Positions 39,195-52,519 of a stretch of DNA of 64,000 nt are shown one piece after another (position 1 is the first letter of the stretch; the number at the start of each line of letters is the position of its first letter). The notes beneath the pieces were generated by a model. It searched no databases, had not been told where the DNA came from, and saw only the letters and a list, made by a program, of their open reading frames with translations. A program made the position numbers and the translations under genes. The DNA comes from Eledone cirrhosa (Eukaryota): the NCBI GenBank assembly GCA_964016885.1, contig OZ024747.1:62930001-62994000 (forward strand), in the 5' to 3' direction.

Positions 39195-39480
39195 TGCTCA
39201 TGGGAGGGCAGGTCTTCCACAGTACAGCATAATGCCAGAGATCTTGATCCTGTATCATCTTCTTGCGGTTTAATTGGGGGAAGTTAGATTGTATCGCTTC
39301 AACCCAAGCATTCCTAAGTCTTCCTTTTTCAAAGTTTTTGTCGACTTTGAGAGTCTTGTACCCTTTTCTACAGCAGCCATCCTCCATACACATCACATAT
39401 CCATACTACTGCAATCTCTTCTCCTGCACACTGATCCTAATGGCTAATTTCTCTCTCAGTTCATTCATGCACACTACTAT
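39195..39480 (-). pseudogene. RTE LINE ORF C-terminal fragment
   Basis: VQEKRLQ*YGYVMCMEDGCCRKGYKTLKV...KGRLRNAWVEAI...DQDLWHYAV. Confidence 0.75.
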
Positions 39481-40009
39481 TACACATACTATTACACACA
39501 TACACTTATAAGATATATGTATTATCGACATAGGAAAATAGACATTAACTGATGATGATGATGATGATGAATATATATTTTGTCATATATGCTTAAATGC
39601 TACAAAACATCATCTCAGTCTATTTCTATGCCCTAGACATATTATATTATCTATGGTAGAATTTATTATCTTTACAGTTAGTTTAGATAATTATCTGCAA
39701 TGTTGTAGATTTATCAAGGGACACACAGGAAGTTTTGATGTCTTTCATTTCTGCTGTTTTATGAGGGATATTAGACAGAGTATCAGACTCTCAGACTATC
39801 TGAGTGTCATATTAACATTTGATGTTACCAATTGTTTGTCACAAAACATTTCTGTTTGAATTGCACAATACCAGAATTATACAATATTGTCTTCAAGATA
39901 AAAAAAATATATTTGTTTTCTTTTACGTTTTCAGAATTTCACAAATCATCCTCATTTTGATATTCAATTTCATCATTTTCATCATCTTCATCTCCATTTT
40001 CATCATCAT

Positions 40010-40680
40010 GATAATCATTTCTAATTTAGGCACAAGCCCAGCAATTTTTAGAAGGGAAGGAAAGTCAAATAACTTGACCCTAGTACTAGACTGGTAATTC
40101 ATTTTGTGGGTCTTGAAAGGTTGAAAAACATAGTTGATCTTGCCAGAATTTGAACACTAAATGTAAAGAAACAGAACAAATATTGGAAAGCATTTTGACT
40201 GATATTTCAACAATTTTGCCAAATCACCAACATAATAATAATAGTTTCTGATTTAGGCAAAAGGCCGACAACTTTGAGGGAGGGAAAAATCGATTAGATC
40301 GATCCCATTACATTGCTGGTACTTTATTTTATTGATCCTGTAAAGCTAACCTCGGCTGGATTTGAACTCAGAACGTAAAGGGACGTAACTCTATGCCAAG
40401 TAGCAGCATGTCCGATGCTCTACCGATACTGCCAATCCTAATAATAATAATAATAATAATAATGGTTTCTGATTTAGGTACTAGGCCAATAATTTTTGGG
40501 TAAAGGAAAAGTCGATTAAATCAACGCCAATGCATTACTGGTACTTTATTTTATCGACCCTGTAAGAATGAAAGAGGTTAGCTTTACCTTTTATCTTTAC
40601 AGGGTCAATGAAATAAAGCACCAGTAATGCACTGGGGTTGATTTAATTGACTTTCCCACCAAATAATTGTTGGCCTTGTG
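40010..40680 (-). mobile_element. SINE family A cluster including an inverted (fold-back) junction at ~40585
   Basis: Several SINE A units; ctggtactttattttatcgaccctgtaag...tttacagggtcaatgaaataaagcaccag is self-complementary. Confidence 0.75.
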
Positions 40681-41889
40681 ACTTATGTTGGTGGTGCTAT
40701 TCTTCAAGCCACTGCCATACTTCCTCCACATATAAACCAGTCAGCTTATTCCATTTCTTTTAACAGCATTTATGAATGGCTCTATTCCCATTATCCTCTG
40801 CCATTCGTTGTCTCTTTCTCTCTCTTCTCTCTCCTCTTTCCTCTCTCTCTCCCCTTTCCTCTCTCTCTCCCCTTTTCTCTCTCTCTCTGACTGATACACC
40901 ACTCATCTACCAAACCTTTTTCATTACTGTTCTTCCCAGCCTTTTCAGCTGCTCTACATTCATTATCTATGTCACGCTTTCATGATTTGTATCACTACAT
41001 CATCATCATCATCGTTTAACGGCTATCTTCCACGCTAGCATGGGTTTAGATCGGAATTGTCCCACTTGAGGCAAGATTGGTTGGGAGACCGTGTCTCGCT
41101 TGTATAGGACTGTCTGGCAGGTTTTCTATGGCTGGATGCCCTTCCTAACACCAACCACGCTTACAATGTCGACTGGGAGGTTTTTACCGTGTTACCTACA
41201 TGGCCACATTACAGCGTGGACTGTGAGAAAGGACAGTGTGAGATAGTTTTGCAAGCAGAAAGTATAGATATTTGTGGCTTTACTTATATATTTCAATGTT
41301 TAAGTGAAATAAATCATTTATCAGAGGTTTTAAGTTCTACAAAGTTTTCACATCCTTTACTGGGCAAATCAATTTATTATTTCTATTGTAAAGCACAAGT
41401 AAACTTTTTGATATCAAACTCAGTACATAATAAGATCCTTTTGACATATCCCATGTTTAATAAGTCAAACTCTTGTGACTGATAAAGGAAAATTTGACAA
41501 TATATCAAGTGAAAGCCATTCAATACTACAGCATTTCTTATATATTGGAGAAATCTCTTAGTTAAAGAAATGAAATTAAAAATACCCAACAACAACAACA
41601 AAAATTTCCCAACTTACTTTAGATCAGTTGATGATATAAAAAGAAAATAAAACCTCGAAAAATACAGAATTCTCAACAATGGTAGTAAATTGTGAAAAAT
41701 ATTACCGAGAAATAAGTATATCTCAATCAGAATAAAAAGATGGATAAGAATGAAATAAATAAAGATGCAGCTGTAGAAAAGGATGTTGAGGTGAATTCTA
41801 TAGTCAGAAAAGCTGAGCTATATAACAAGATAATAATAATGATATCTCAATGGATGTTGTTAGGGAGAGAAGATTGTATGTCATTAATG

Positions 41890-41973
<84 letters not shown>

Positions 41974-42057
41974 GTGTGACAGGGGGAAGGTGGTGGTTGG
42001 GAGTGGTGGGAGTGGTGGGAGATATAGAGATATATGAGTGTGGCAGGGTGGTGGTGG

Positions 42058-42103
<46 letters not shown>

Positions 42104-42334
42104 TGGTAAGGAGGGGAAGGTGGTGGGGTTGGTTGAAATAGAGATACATGAGTGACAAGGAGGAGTCAGAGGAGTAGGAACTGGTATATATATATATATA
42201 TATATACGTAGGTCCCGGGTTGAGTCGGGGATAACCACAGTAAGTAAGGTACTCAATACATGGCAGAGTAAAATTTTTTTATTTTATAGAAGGAGCTTCT
42301 ACAGGACTAGTACTGTTTCATTCAGATGAAATCT

Positions 42335-42383
42335 GCTTCCTGAAGATTTCATCTGAATGAAACAGTACTAGTCCTGTAGAAGC
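42335..42383 (+). ncRNA. Complete type I hammerhead in a family C fold-back element (42206-42404)
   Basis: gcttc-CTGAAGA-t ttc atct gaa t-GAAA-cag-tactagtc-ctgt-A-gaagc; 5-bp stem I, 4-bp stem III, GUA site; inside 60-bp inverted arms 42274-42333/42345-42404. Confidence 0.75.
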
Positions 42384-42401
42384 TCCTTCTATAAAATAAA
42401 A

Positions 42402-42432
<31 letters not shown>

Positions 42433-42576
42433 TAACAAAGGAGGTGTGGTAAGGAACCAGATGGACCATAACGCACCAGAGTACTCAATACTTAGGGTAG
42501 TAGAGTGGGTAATAGGAAGAAGTTTAACCCCGACAGCAGAGCTCAAGCCGTTTCGACGGCTATTTCTGAACTCCTA

Positions 42577-43125
42577 TCATCATCATCATCACCGTTTTAC
42601 GTCCGTTCTTCCACGCTAGCATGGGTTAGACGGGTTGTCCTGTTGTAGGCAGTGTCTGGTCGGCTGACCATGCCTTGCTCATACAGGAACTGATTTGGCT
42701 TGATTTCTACAGCTGGATGCCCTTCCTAACACCAACCTCATTTACAGTGAGTGTTGGGTGCTTTTTCATGGCGCCTACACGTCCACTTTACAGTGTGGGC
42801 TGGGTGCTTTTTTGCCGTGGCACCTCCACGACCACCTTGCAGTGGGGGGTGTGGGGGCATATTGTCTATATGCTTCAGCTTGTACCCATGGGAGGTCGGG
42901 TACTCTGTATTACTGCGTGACGCCAGAGGTCACGGTCGTGTGTCATTGCCTTTGAGAGGTGTAATTGGGTAAGGTCGGCTTTTATCACCTCATCCCAGGT
43001 CATCTTGGATCTCCCCACTCCGCGGTTTCCATCGACTTCTAGTTCTCTGCACCTTTTTATGCAGCTGTCATCCTTCATACGCATCACATGTCCATACCAA
43101 CGCAACCGCCTCTCCTGCACACAGC
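42577..43125 (-). mobile_element. RTE LINE 3' end (ORF end, 3' UTR, (GAT)n tail), young
   Basis: Uninterrupted QERRLRWYGHVMRMKDDSCIKRCRELEVDGNRGVGRSKMTWDEVIKADL...DRDLWRHAV. Confidence 0.9.
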
Positions 43126-43179
43126 AATTGATATATACTAAGGAAAAAATGAGAGATAAGAGGGATCAGATGTTGTTTA

Positions 43180-43810
43180 CTCGAGAGAAGGCTACGTTGG
43201 TATGGACACGTGATGCGCATGAAAGTCGATAGCTGTATAACAAAGTGCAGGGCAATAAAGATAGACGGTAGTCACGGAATAGGCAGACCTAGAAAAACCT
43301 GGGACGAGCTGATAAACTCCGACATCACACACTTACACCTCTCCAAGACAATGTCACTGGACCGAGACCTTTGGCGGTACTCAGTAACAGAGAAGACCCG
43401 CCTTACCTAAATATATAGTAAAACCTACTCCAGCCAGTAGGCATCTCTAACAAAATACACCCCGTCCCACCACCACCACCCCCACACCATCCACACCACC
43501 CCATTCTATGTAAAGTTATGTTGGTGCCGCGCCATCCAGGCCGAAACAAATGAGATCGTGTAGGTGTCACGACAAAAAAACACACAGTCCACGCTGTAAT
43601 GTGGCCGTGTAGGCAACACGGTAAAAACCTCCCAGACCCACACTGTAAATGTGGTTGGTGTTAGGAAGGGCATCCAACTGTAGAAAACCTGCCAGACAGT
43701 CCTATGCGAGCAAGACAATCACTCTTGCCTCAAGTGGGACTACCCCCGTCCAAACCCATGCAAGCGTGGAACACGGACGTTAAACGTTGATGATGATGAT
43801 GATGATGATA
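43180..43810 (+). mobile_element. RTE LINE 3' end (related subfamily), oriented divergently from the previous copy
   Basis: RERRLRWYGHVMRMKVDSCITKCRAIKIDGSHGIGRPRKTWDELINSDI...DRDLWRYSV, then 3' UTR and (gat)n. Confidence 0.9.
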
Positions 43811-44160
43811 TATATGGAGGCACATGGCTTAGTGGTTAGAGCATTGGCCTTGCAATCGAAAGGTTGTGAGTTCAATTCTCAGACCGGGTGATGTGTTGTT
43901 TCCTTGAGCAAGACACTTTATTTCACATTGCTCCAGTTTACTCAGCTGTAGAAATGAGATGATAGGGACTGGGGTCCCTATCATTCCACTGCAAAGTGGT
44001 CGTGGCGGTGCCACGGCAAAAAAGAACCCAGCACTCACTGTAAATGAGGTTGGTGTTAGGAAGGGCATCCAGCTGTAGAAATGAAGCCAGAATCAGTTCC
44101 CGTCCCACCCTTGCAAGCAGGGAAAAGTGGACGTAAAATGAAATGATGAAATGATGATGA

Positions 44161-44210
<50 letters not shown>

Positions 44211-44215
<5 letters not shown>

Positions 44216-44415
44216 AATGAGTAGGACCCCGATGGCTGAGCTCAAGCCGTTTCAACGGCTAATTCTGGACTGAGTCCAGAATTAGCCGTCGAAACGGCTT
44301 GAGCTCAGCCGTCGGAGTCCTACTCATTCCTATTACCCACTCTACTACCCTAAGTATTGAGTACTTTGGTGCGTTATGGTCCACCTGGTTCCTTAACCAC
44401 ATTTCCTTCGTTCTA
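44211..44415 (+). mobile_element. Fold-back element (family D) with a hammerhead 3' half; second copy ~42435-42575(-)
   Basis: 123-bp palindrome 44211-44333 centred at 44272; GAAA-cggct-tgagctc-agccgt-C (stem III plus GUC) at 44291-44313; flanked by (TA)n. Confidence 0.7.
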
Positions 44416-44924
44416 TATATATATATATATATGTATATATGTGTGTGTGTGTGTGTGTGTGGAAAGAGAAGGAGGAAGGAGCGATAGAGATATCAGTGAA
44501 AGAGAGAGAGAGGGGGAAATGGAAGAAGGTTTCTTAAAAAAATAAGAGATGAAGAAAGCAAAGAAATATTCCACCATGAAGCAGAATCAAGTCGTTTCAA
44601 TGCAATATTAAGATGTATTGTATTGCAGGCAATGCTATCAGTGTTGTTTTATAAAGAAGCAGACAACCAGGTGAGATGTCAGCAGTTCATATTATGTAGC
44701 TGACTACAACAATGACAGTGTCTTGTATTCACAAACAAGAAACTTAACTCTCACTAGTTATTCTGGGTAGTGATCATGCAAGTGAGAGTTTGTTCATGAA
44801 TATCTTATCTGGAATGGCTCTTCCAGTGTATCTCCTTCACCATCCTCTGGGAAAACACCTTCTCTATTCTGTCTGCTGGGGCTATGGTCAGCCACTGTAT
44901 GCCCCCCCCCCTCCATTTGCTCAT

Positions 44925-45510
44925 AATAATTGTTTCTAATTTTGGCACAAGGCCAGCAATTACCCAGTACATTACTGGTACTTTATTTTATCGGCCCCCG
45001 TATAGATGAAAGGCAAAATTATACTCGGCGGGATTTGAACTCAGTCCGTAAAGGAACATAACTCTATGCTGCAAAGCATGTCGTCTGACTCTACCGATAC
45101 TGCCAATCCACAATGATTGCTACTATAGGCACAAGGCCAGCAATTTGGGAGGAGGGGAAAGTTGATTAAACCAACCCCAGTGCATTACTGGTGTTCTATT
45201 TTATCAACCACGTAAGGATGAAAGTCAAAGCTAAGAATTTGAACTCAGAATATAAAGGGCCATAACTCTATGCTGCAAAACTTGGTGTCTGATGCTCCAC
45301 CGATATTACCAATTCACTGCCTCTCATAATAATTGTTTCTACTTTTGGCACAAGGCCAGCAATTACTGGTGCTTTATTTATCAACCCCGTAAGGTTGAAA
45401 AGCAAAGTTAACCTCGGTGGGATTTGAACTCAGACCATAAAGGGCCAAAACTCTATGCTGTAAAGCATGGCGCCCGGCCCTCTACTGATACTGCTAATCC
45501 TCTGCCTTTC
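44925..45510 (-). mobile_element. Three tandem SINE family A copies inserted into a CRE-like fragment
   Basis: The flanks 44810-44925 and 45510-45600 join up to match the reverse complement of 11820-12010. Confidence 0.8.
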
Positions 45511-46974
45511 ATAACAATGAGAAATGCTGAGAGTGGGAGAGGCAGAGGTGGTGACAGTGGGAGTTTGGTTCCTCTGTGTTCGGACCTGGTGTACATGGGT
45601 AGGTGACGGATTTAATAGTAATTTATTTTTCTTATTACAAAAAAAACCCACAAAAAAACAACAACAAAAAAAAGAAAACCGGTGGTGTTGTCACATTGTT
45701 TCTCATTTCTTTCTTTCACTGAGTCATTTAGAACTCTCTTCAACATTATCTCATGAATGAATGTGTGATCAGATGTCGATTATATGAGCGGGTCGAGTCC
45801 TCAAACACTCCTTCCAGCAGGTCATGTGAGTAGCAACCATCTCCAACTGGTATGGCTGGATCCCCAAGCGAGACCAGTCAAGCTCATGAATGTTATTCAA
45901 TCATTTTTTGCTCAGGATCTACCCCTGGGTCTCTTGCCAGTTGATTTCACCCAGAAAATCTATCCAGTGATTTTGTTTTGAGACATTCTACCACATGCCC
46001 ATAGTATAGGAGCTGTTATCTCTCTATATTCTAAATTTAATTAATTTTAATCAATTTAAATTCCAAAGTTGTTTCTCTCTTTCCTTTATTGACCAGAATC
46101 AGTTAAAGTTAATTATTTTTTCATTGTAACTGTGTGTGAAATTTTAATTAATTAAAATTACTTGTCCCATGATACCAAATATATTAACCCCCTCCTTTAA
46201 TATTCTCAACAACTGAATTCATTTAACTCTAAGTGAGCTGGTGTTATTTAACCCCAGCTATTTCTGTGTAAATCCTTGAGCAAAGGTATTCCATCTGTGA
46301 CAATTTTAATTATCAGACATAATATTTCTAGAACTACATATATTATAATAATTGTTTCTGCTTTTGGCACATGGTCAGCAATTATCCCAGTGTATTACTG
46401 GTACTTTATTTTATCGACCCCGTAAGGATGAAAGGCAAAGTTAACCTCGGCGGGATTTGAACTCAGTCCGTAAAGGAACATAACTCTATGCTGCAAAGCA
46501 TGACGGCTGATGCTCTACCAATACTGCCAATCCACCACCCTACATACATTATAATAATTTAAATGATTGTGTACAATGATCAGGTGCACTACAAATCATC
46601 AAAGATGCATGTGTAGTCTAATGTGTTATTTCTGTGTTTAATCCTCCTCACACCAAACTGCCTGGAACTGACCCTGGTAATAGAATATAAAACTGTTTAT
46701 TTTAAAATGTTTATGTTAATCTAAAAAGTCTTCCATCATAACTTTGTTAGAATCTTTTAAGTTATGTACCAAACACTAACTTCATGATGAAAAAATTAGT
46801 AATTTTTCTAAATCCCTTCAAATTCTTGATTATTTAAAAAAATATTTAAAGATCAGTAGCAGTGTTTATCAATAGAAATATGGTAACACAATGTTTAAAC
46901 AAGGTTGGGTCTTTACTTTCTTGCCATCATGTCTATTTGTTTCTTTTCAAACCTAATGTTTCTAGAACTACATT

Positions 46975-47486
46975 ATCTCCTCCTTACCCCTCTTCTTCTC
47001 ATTACTATCCTTTCTCTTCTACTTCTCACTCTCCTTTCTTTTCTCCTTCTCACTCTCCTTTCTCTTCTCCTTCTCACTCTCCTTTCTCTTCTACTTCTCA
47101 CTCTCCTTTCTCTTCTCCTTCTCACTCTCCTTTCTCTTCTCCTTCTCCTTTCTCTTCTCCTTCTCACTCTCCTTTCTCTTCTCCTTCACACTCTCCTTTC
47201 TCTTCTCCTTCACACTCTCCTTTCTCTTCTCCTTCTCACTCTCCTTTCTCTTCTCCTTCTCACTCTCCTCTCTTTTCTTCCCTTCTCCTCCTCCTTCTCC
47301 TCTCTTCTCCTCCTCCCCCTCCTCTCTTCTCCTCCTCCTTCTCTCTCTTCTCCTTCTCCCTCTCCTCTCTCTTTTCCTCATCACCCCTCTTTGCTCACCG
47401 CCACTCTGCTCTTTTCCTCCTCCCTGCTCTTCTCCTCCTCCCTGCTTTTCTCATTCTCCTCCTCCTCTCTCTTCTCCTTCTCACTC
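46975..47486 (+). repeat. Polypyrimidine tract including a 24-bp minisatellite
   Basis: Unit tctcctttctcttctccttctcac, about 10 copies, running into the N gap. Confidence 0.9.
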
Positions 47487-47686
47487 NNNNNNNNNNNNNN
47501 NNNNNNNNNNNNNNNNNNNNNNNNNNNNNNNNNNNNNNNNNNNNNNNNNNNNNNNNNNNNNNNNNNNNNNNNNNNNNNNNNNNNNNNNNNNNNNNNNNNN
47601 NNNNNNNNNNNNNNNNNNNNNNNNNNNNNNNNNNNNNNNNNNNNNNNNNNNNNNNNNNNNNNNNNNNNNNNNNNNNNNNNNNNNNN
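47487..47686. other. Assembly gap (200 N)
   Basis: Run of n. Confidence 1.
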
Positions 47687-48140
47687 AAGCTATTAAGTGT
47701 GTCAAACAAATACCTCATTTAATTAATATTGAATTCTTTCATATTTCACATCAAACATGGCGAAATTGGTTAAAGCCTAGTTTTAAAGCCCTGCATCTAA
47801 ATGGAAAATCATCAACAACATCAGCAACTATGACATCTTCAGTGTCTTAACCCTTTAGCATTTACATTACTTTATATTTACTATTGTATTTTTACACTAA
47901 TGGCTTTACCTCACATTGTTTCACATAATATTGAATCTACGAGATTTTGATATTATTTATTTTGAGAACAATACCTTAACATCAGTATGAGTGGCTGGTT
48001 ATTGCTGGTTTGAACAGAAAGACATGAGGGAATTCAGGCTGGATATAGCTGGTTTAAATGCTAAAGTGTTAAGACAATTTTCTCTGTTAAAGAAGGGGTT
48101 AATCTTGTCAGTCATATAAGCTTAATCATAAGCATCTAAG

Positions 48141-48440
48141 GCAATGTTTTACAGCCAGATGCCTTACCTAGCACCAAACATATAGTTGCTCCTTACAACA
48201 TGAAAACCAGATTGCGGTACTTACTACAGCAATCTTTTACAGCCAGATGTCCTACCTAGCACCAAACATATGGTTGCTCCTTACGACATGCAAACCAGAT
48301 TGAGGTACTTACTACAGCAATGTTTTACAGCCAGATGCCTTACCTAGCACCAAACATATAGTTGCTCCTTACAACATGCAAACCAGATTGAGGCCCTTTC
48401 TAAGGCAATGTTTTACAGTCAGATGCCCTACTAGCACCAA
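48141..48440 (+). repeat. 88-bp tandem repeat, ~3.4 copies
   Basis: Unit gcaatgttttacagccagatgccttacctagcaccaaacatatagttgctccttacaacatg..aaaccagattg.ggtacttactaca at 48141, 48229, 48317, 48405. Confidence 0.9.
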
Positions 48441-48977
48441 CCCCTTTATCCTGAAATATAAAGACCTATAAAGAACTGTAAGGTAACATACCAACAGCAT
48501 TGTTATATTTTTAACATTTACTATCCAATGCACACTGTGGTAGCCTTCAAACAAAATATTTACTATAATAGTTTTGTTTTTAACTCTTTAGCATTTAAAC
48601 TGGCTGTATCCGGTCAGAATTCTCTCACATCTTTCTGTTCAAACTGGTCATAACTGGTCCTTCATACTGACATTAAGGTATTGTTCTCAAAATAAACAAT
48701 ATCAAAATCTCATAGATTCGATATGATGTGAAATAATTATGTGAGTTAAAGCCTTTACCACGAAAATACACTAGTCTATATAGAGTGATGTAAATGCTAA
48801 AGGGTTAAGATATTTTGTACATAATGTATGGAAGTCAATTGATAATTATAATAGAATTGAGATTTTTTTTTCTGACACTTGGAATCTTCTACCATTTTGT
48901 TACATGAAATAGACACCTTTAGGACCAACCCAGCCAAAACCACCTCCGGTTTTATAAAACAGAACCACATTTTAAAG

Positions 48978-49102
48978 CAGGGGTGGGCCACATACGATGT
49001 GGCTTTTCATAAAGTGGGCCGCACTATTAAAAAATTCAAGGCAATTTTGAAATTAGGGGTGTCATTCAGAAAGCCAAATGGGCTGCAGTTTGCCCGTCAC
49101 TG
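48978..49102. mobile_element. hAT-type MITE nested in a piggyBac-type MITE
   Basis: Termini caggggtgggcca / tttgcccgtcactg; exact 8-bp TSD ttttaaag. Confidence 0.75.
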
Positions 49103-49569
49103 TTTTAAAGGGTTCTTTTTCAAATTAAAATCTTTCGGCATAATTTTATACAAGAACCATATATTATATTATTATGATATCTTAATAATGAAATAATTAA
49201 TAAGTTAAGGAAATCACTCATAATTCTTTCTTAATTAATTGAAATAGAGTATTATATCAGAAACACAGCAACAAAAGTTTTAGTGTATTTCGTTTTTGTC
49301 TCTACATTCTGAGCTGCTAAACAGTATGAGAGCACAATATAAAATACCAGCCATATCCTGGTGTCCTTTCAAACTATTTTATCTTACCCTTACAAACTTA
49401 TAGCTATATATCAATATAAGAAATCATTATTGATTTTTGCACTTTCATCTCTCCCAGGATTGGTAAAAAAATATATTAGTGACGTTTAATATACAAGAAT
49501 CAATTTTTTCTCTATAAAAATTGACATGTTATTTTTTTGGCTAGTAGTGAAAAATGATTATAGTATTGT

Positions 49570-50470
49570 TGTTGGTGGTGGTGTTGATGGTGGTTATGGT
49601 GATGGTGGTTGTGGTGGTGGTTGTGTTAATGGTGGTTGTGTTAATGGTGGTTGTGTTAATGGTGGTTGTGTTAATGGTGGTTGTGTTAATGGTGGTTGTG
49701 TTAATGGTGGTTATGGTGGTGGTGGTGTTGATGGTGGTTATGGTGGTGGTGGTGTTGATGGTGGTTATGTTATGGTGGTGGTGGTGTTGATGGTGGTTAT
49801 GTTATGGTGGTGGTGTTGATGGTGGTTATGTTGATGGTGGTTATGTTATGGTGTTGGTGTTGATGCTGGTTATGGTGGTGGTGGTGTTGATGGTGGTGTT
49901 GATGGTGGTAGTTGTGTTGATGGTGGTTATGTTATGGTGGTTATGTTGATGGTGGTTATGGTGGTGGTGGTGTTGATGGTGGTGGTTGTGTTGATGGTGG
50001 TTGTGTTATGGTGGTTATGTTGATGGTGGTTATGGTGGTGGTGGTGTTGATGGTGGTGGTTATGTTATGGTGGTTATGTTATGGTGGTTATATTGATGGT
50101 GGTTATGGTGGTGGTGGTGTTAATGGTGGTTATATAATGGTGGTGGTGGTGTTGATGGTGGTGGTTGTGTTGATGGTGGTTATATAATGGTGGTGGTGGT
50201 GTTGATGGTGGTTATGGTGGTGGTGGTGTTGATGGTGGTGGTTGTGTTGATGGTGGTGGTGGTGGTGTTGATGGTGGTTATGTTATGGTGGTGGTGGTGT
50301 TGATAGAGGTTCTGGTAGAGGTATTAATGGTTTTGTTGGTGTTAATCATGATAGCGATGGTGATGATGACAATGATTATGCTAGAGTTGATGATGATGAT
50401 GATCCTAAAGATGATGACAATGTTGATGACAGTGATGTTATTGAAGATGATGATGATGGTAGTGATGAAA
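49570..50470. repeat. (GGT/GTT/GAT)n compound low-complexity array
   Basis: Visible triplet and 15-bp (ggtggttgtgttaat) periodicity. Confidence 0.95.
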
Positions 50471-50644
50471 AATAGGAGATCAATAACAATAACAACAAGA
50501 TTTAGTTTATATTATAAAATTATAAAGTATTGATCTTCCTACACAGAGAAATATATTTATAAATGACTTTCTATAGAAGTTCATAAATGACATATTACCA
50601 GAGAAGATTAGAAAGATAAGGAACTTCAGCACATTGGCATGCAC

Positions 50645-50665
50645 ATATATGTGTGTGTATGTGTG

Positions 50666-50733
<68 letters not shown>

Positions 50734-50737
50734 AATA

Positions 50738-50770
<33 letters not shown>

Positions 50771-51021
50771 GTGTGTGTGTGTATATATATATATATATGT
50801 GTGTGTGTATATATATATGTGTGTGTGTGTGTGTATATATAAATATATGTGTGTGTGTGGGTGTATATATATATATGTGTATGTGTGTGTGTATATATAT
50901 ATGTGTGTGTGTGTATATATATGTGTATGTGTGTGTATATATATATATATATATTTGTGTGTGTGAGTGTATATATATATATGTGTGTGTGTGTGTATAT
51001 ATATATGTGTGTGTATGCGTG

Positions 51022-51053
<32 letters not shown>

Positions 51054-51083
51054 GGTGTGTATATATATATATGTGTGTGTGTG

Positions 51084-51114
<31 letters not shown>

Positions 51115-51323
51115 ATATATATATGTGTGTGTGTGTGTGTATATATAAATATATGTGTGTGTGTGGGTGTATATATATATATGTGTGTGTGTGTGTGTAT
51201 ATATATATGTGTGTGTGTGTATATATATGTGTATGTGTGTGTATATATATATATATATATTTGTGTGCGTGAGTGTATATATATATATGTGTGTGTGTGT
51301 GTATATATGTGTGTGTATGCGTG

Positions 51324-51355
<32 letters not shown>

Positions 51356-51361
51356 GGTGTG

Positions 51362-51394
<33 letters not shown>

Positions 51395-51691
51395 ATATAT
51401 ATGTGTGTGTGTGTGTATATATATATGTGTGTGTGTGTGTATATATAAATATATGTGTGTGTGTGGGTGTATATATATATATGTGTGTGTGTGTGTATAT
51501 ATATATGTGTGTGTGTGTATATATATGTGTATGTGTGTGTATATATATATATATATATTTGTGTGTGTGAGTGTATATATATATATGTGTGTGTGTGTGT
51601 GTATATATATGTGTGTGTGTGGGTGTATATATATATATGTGTGTGTGTATATATATATATATATGTGTGTGTATATATATGTGTGTGTGGG

Positions 51692-51738
<47 letters not shown>

Positions 51739-51763
51739 GTGTGTATATATATGTGTGTGTGGG

Positions 51764-51813
<50 letters not shown>

Positions 51814-51857
51814 TGTGTGTGTGTATATATGTGTGTGTGTATATATATATGTGTGTA

Positions 51858-51888
<31 letters not shown>

Positions 51889-52039
51889 TTGTGTGTGTGA
51901 GTGTATATATATATATATATGTGTGTGTGTGTATATATATATATATGTGTGTGTGTATATATATATATATGTGTGTGTGTATATATATGTGTGTGTGTAT
52001 ATATATATATATGTGTGTGTATATATATGTGTGTGTGGG

Positions 52040-52090
<51 letters not shown>

Positions 52091-52248
52091 GTGTGTTTGT
52101 GTATATATATGTGTGTGTATATATAAAATATGTGTATATATATGTGTGTGTGTATATATATATAATATATATATGTGTATATATATAATATATATATCAT
52201 ATATATATGTGTATATATATAATATATATATGTGTGTATATATATATG

Positions 52249-52280
<32 letters not shown>

Positions 52281-52305
52281 TATATAATATGTGTATATAT
52301 ATATA

Positions 52306-52355
<50 letters not shown>

Positions 52356-52464
52356 GTGTATATATGTGTGTGTGTGTGTATGTGTGTGTGTATGCATGTT
52401 TGTATGTATATATATATATACACATATACATTGAAAACAATCATAAAAACTGATGGAGATATAA

Positions 52465-52519
<55 letters not shown>

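Noticed and set aside
46862-47722. 286-aa Ser/Pro-rich and 263-aa Leu-rich ORFs
   Set aside because: Polypyrimidine minisatellite plus the N gap
49526-49819. GGCVN/GGYGG repeat ORF resembling a glycine-rich structural protein
   Set aside because: Part of a larger GGT array that accumulates stops; no signal peptide or splice support. Cannot be fully excluded without RNA data.
50507-52516. 669-aa and 604-aa ORFs and overlapping ORFs
   Set aside because: Translations of a (TG)/(TA) microsatellite ([12 protein letters not shown]); no coding signal
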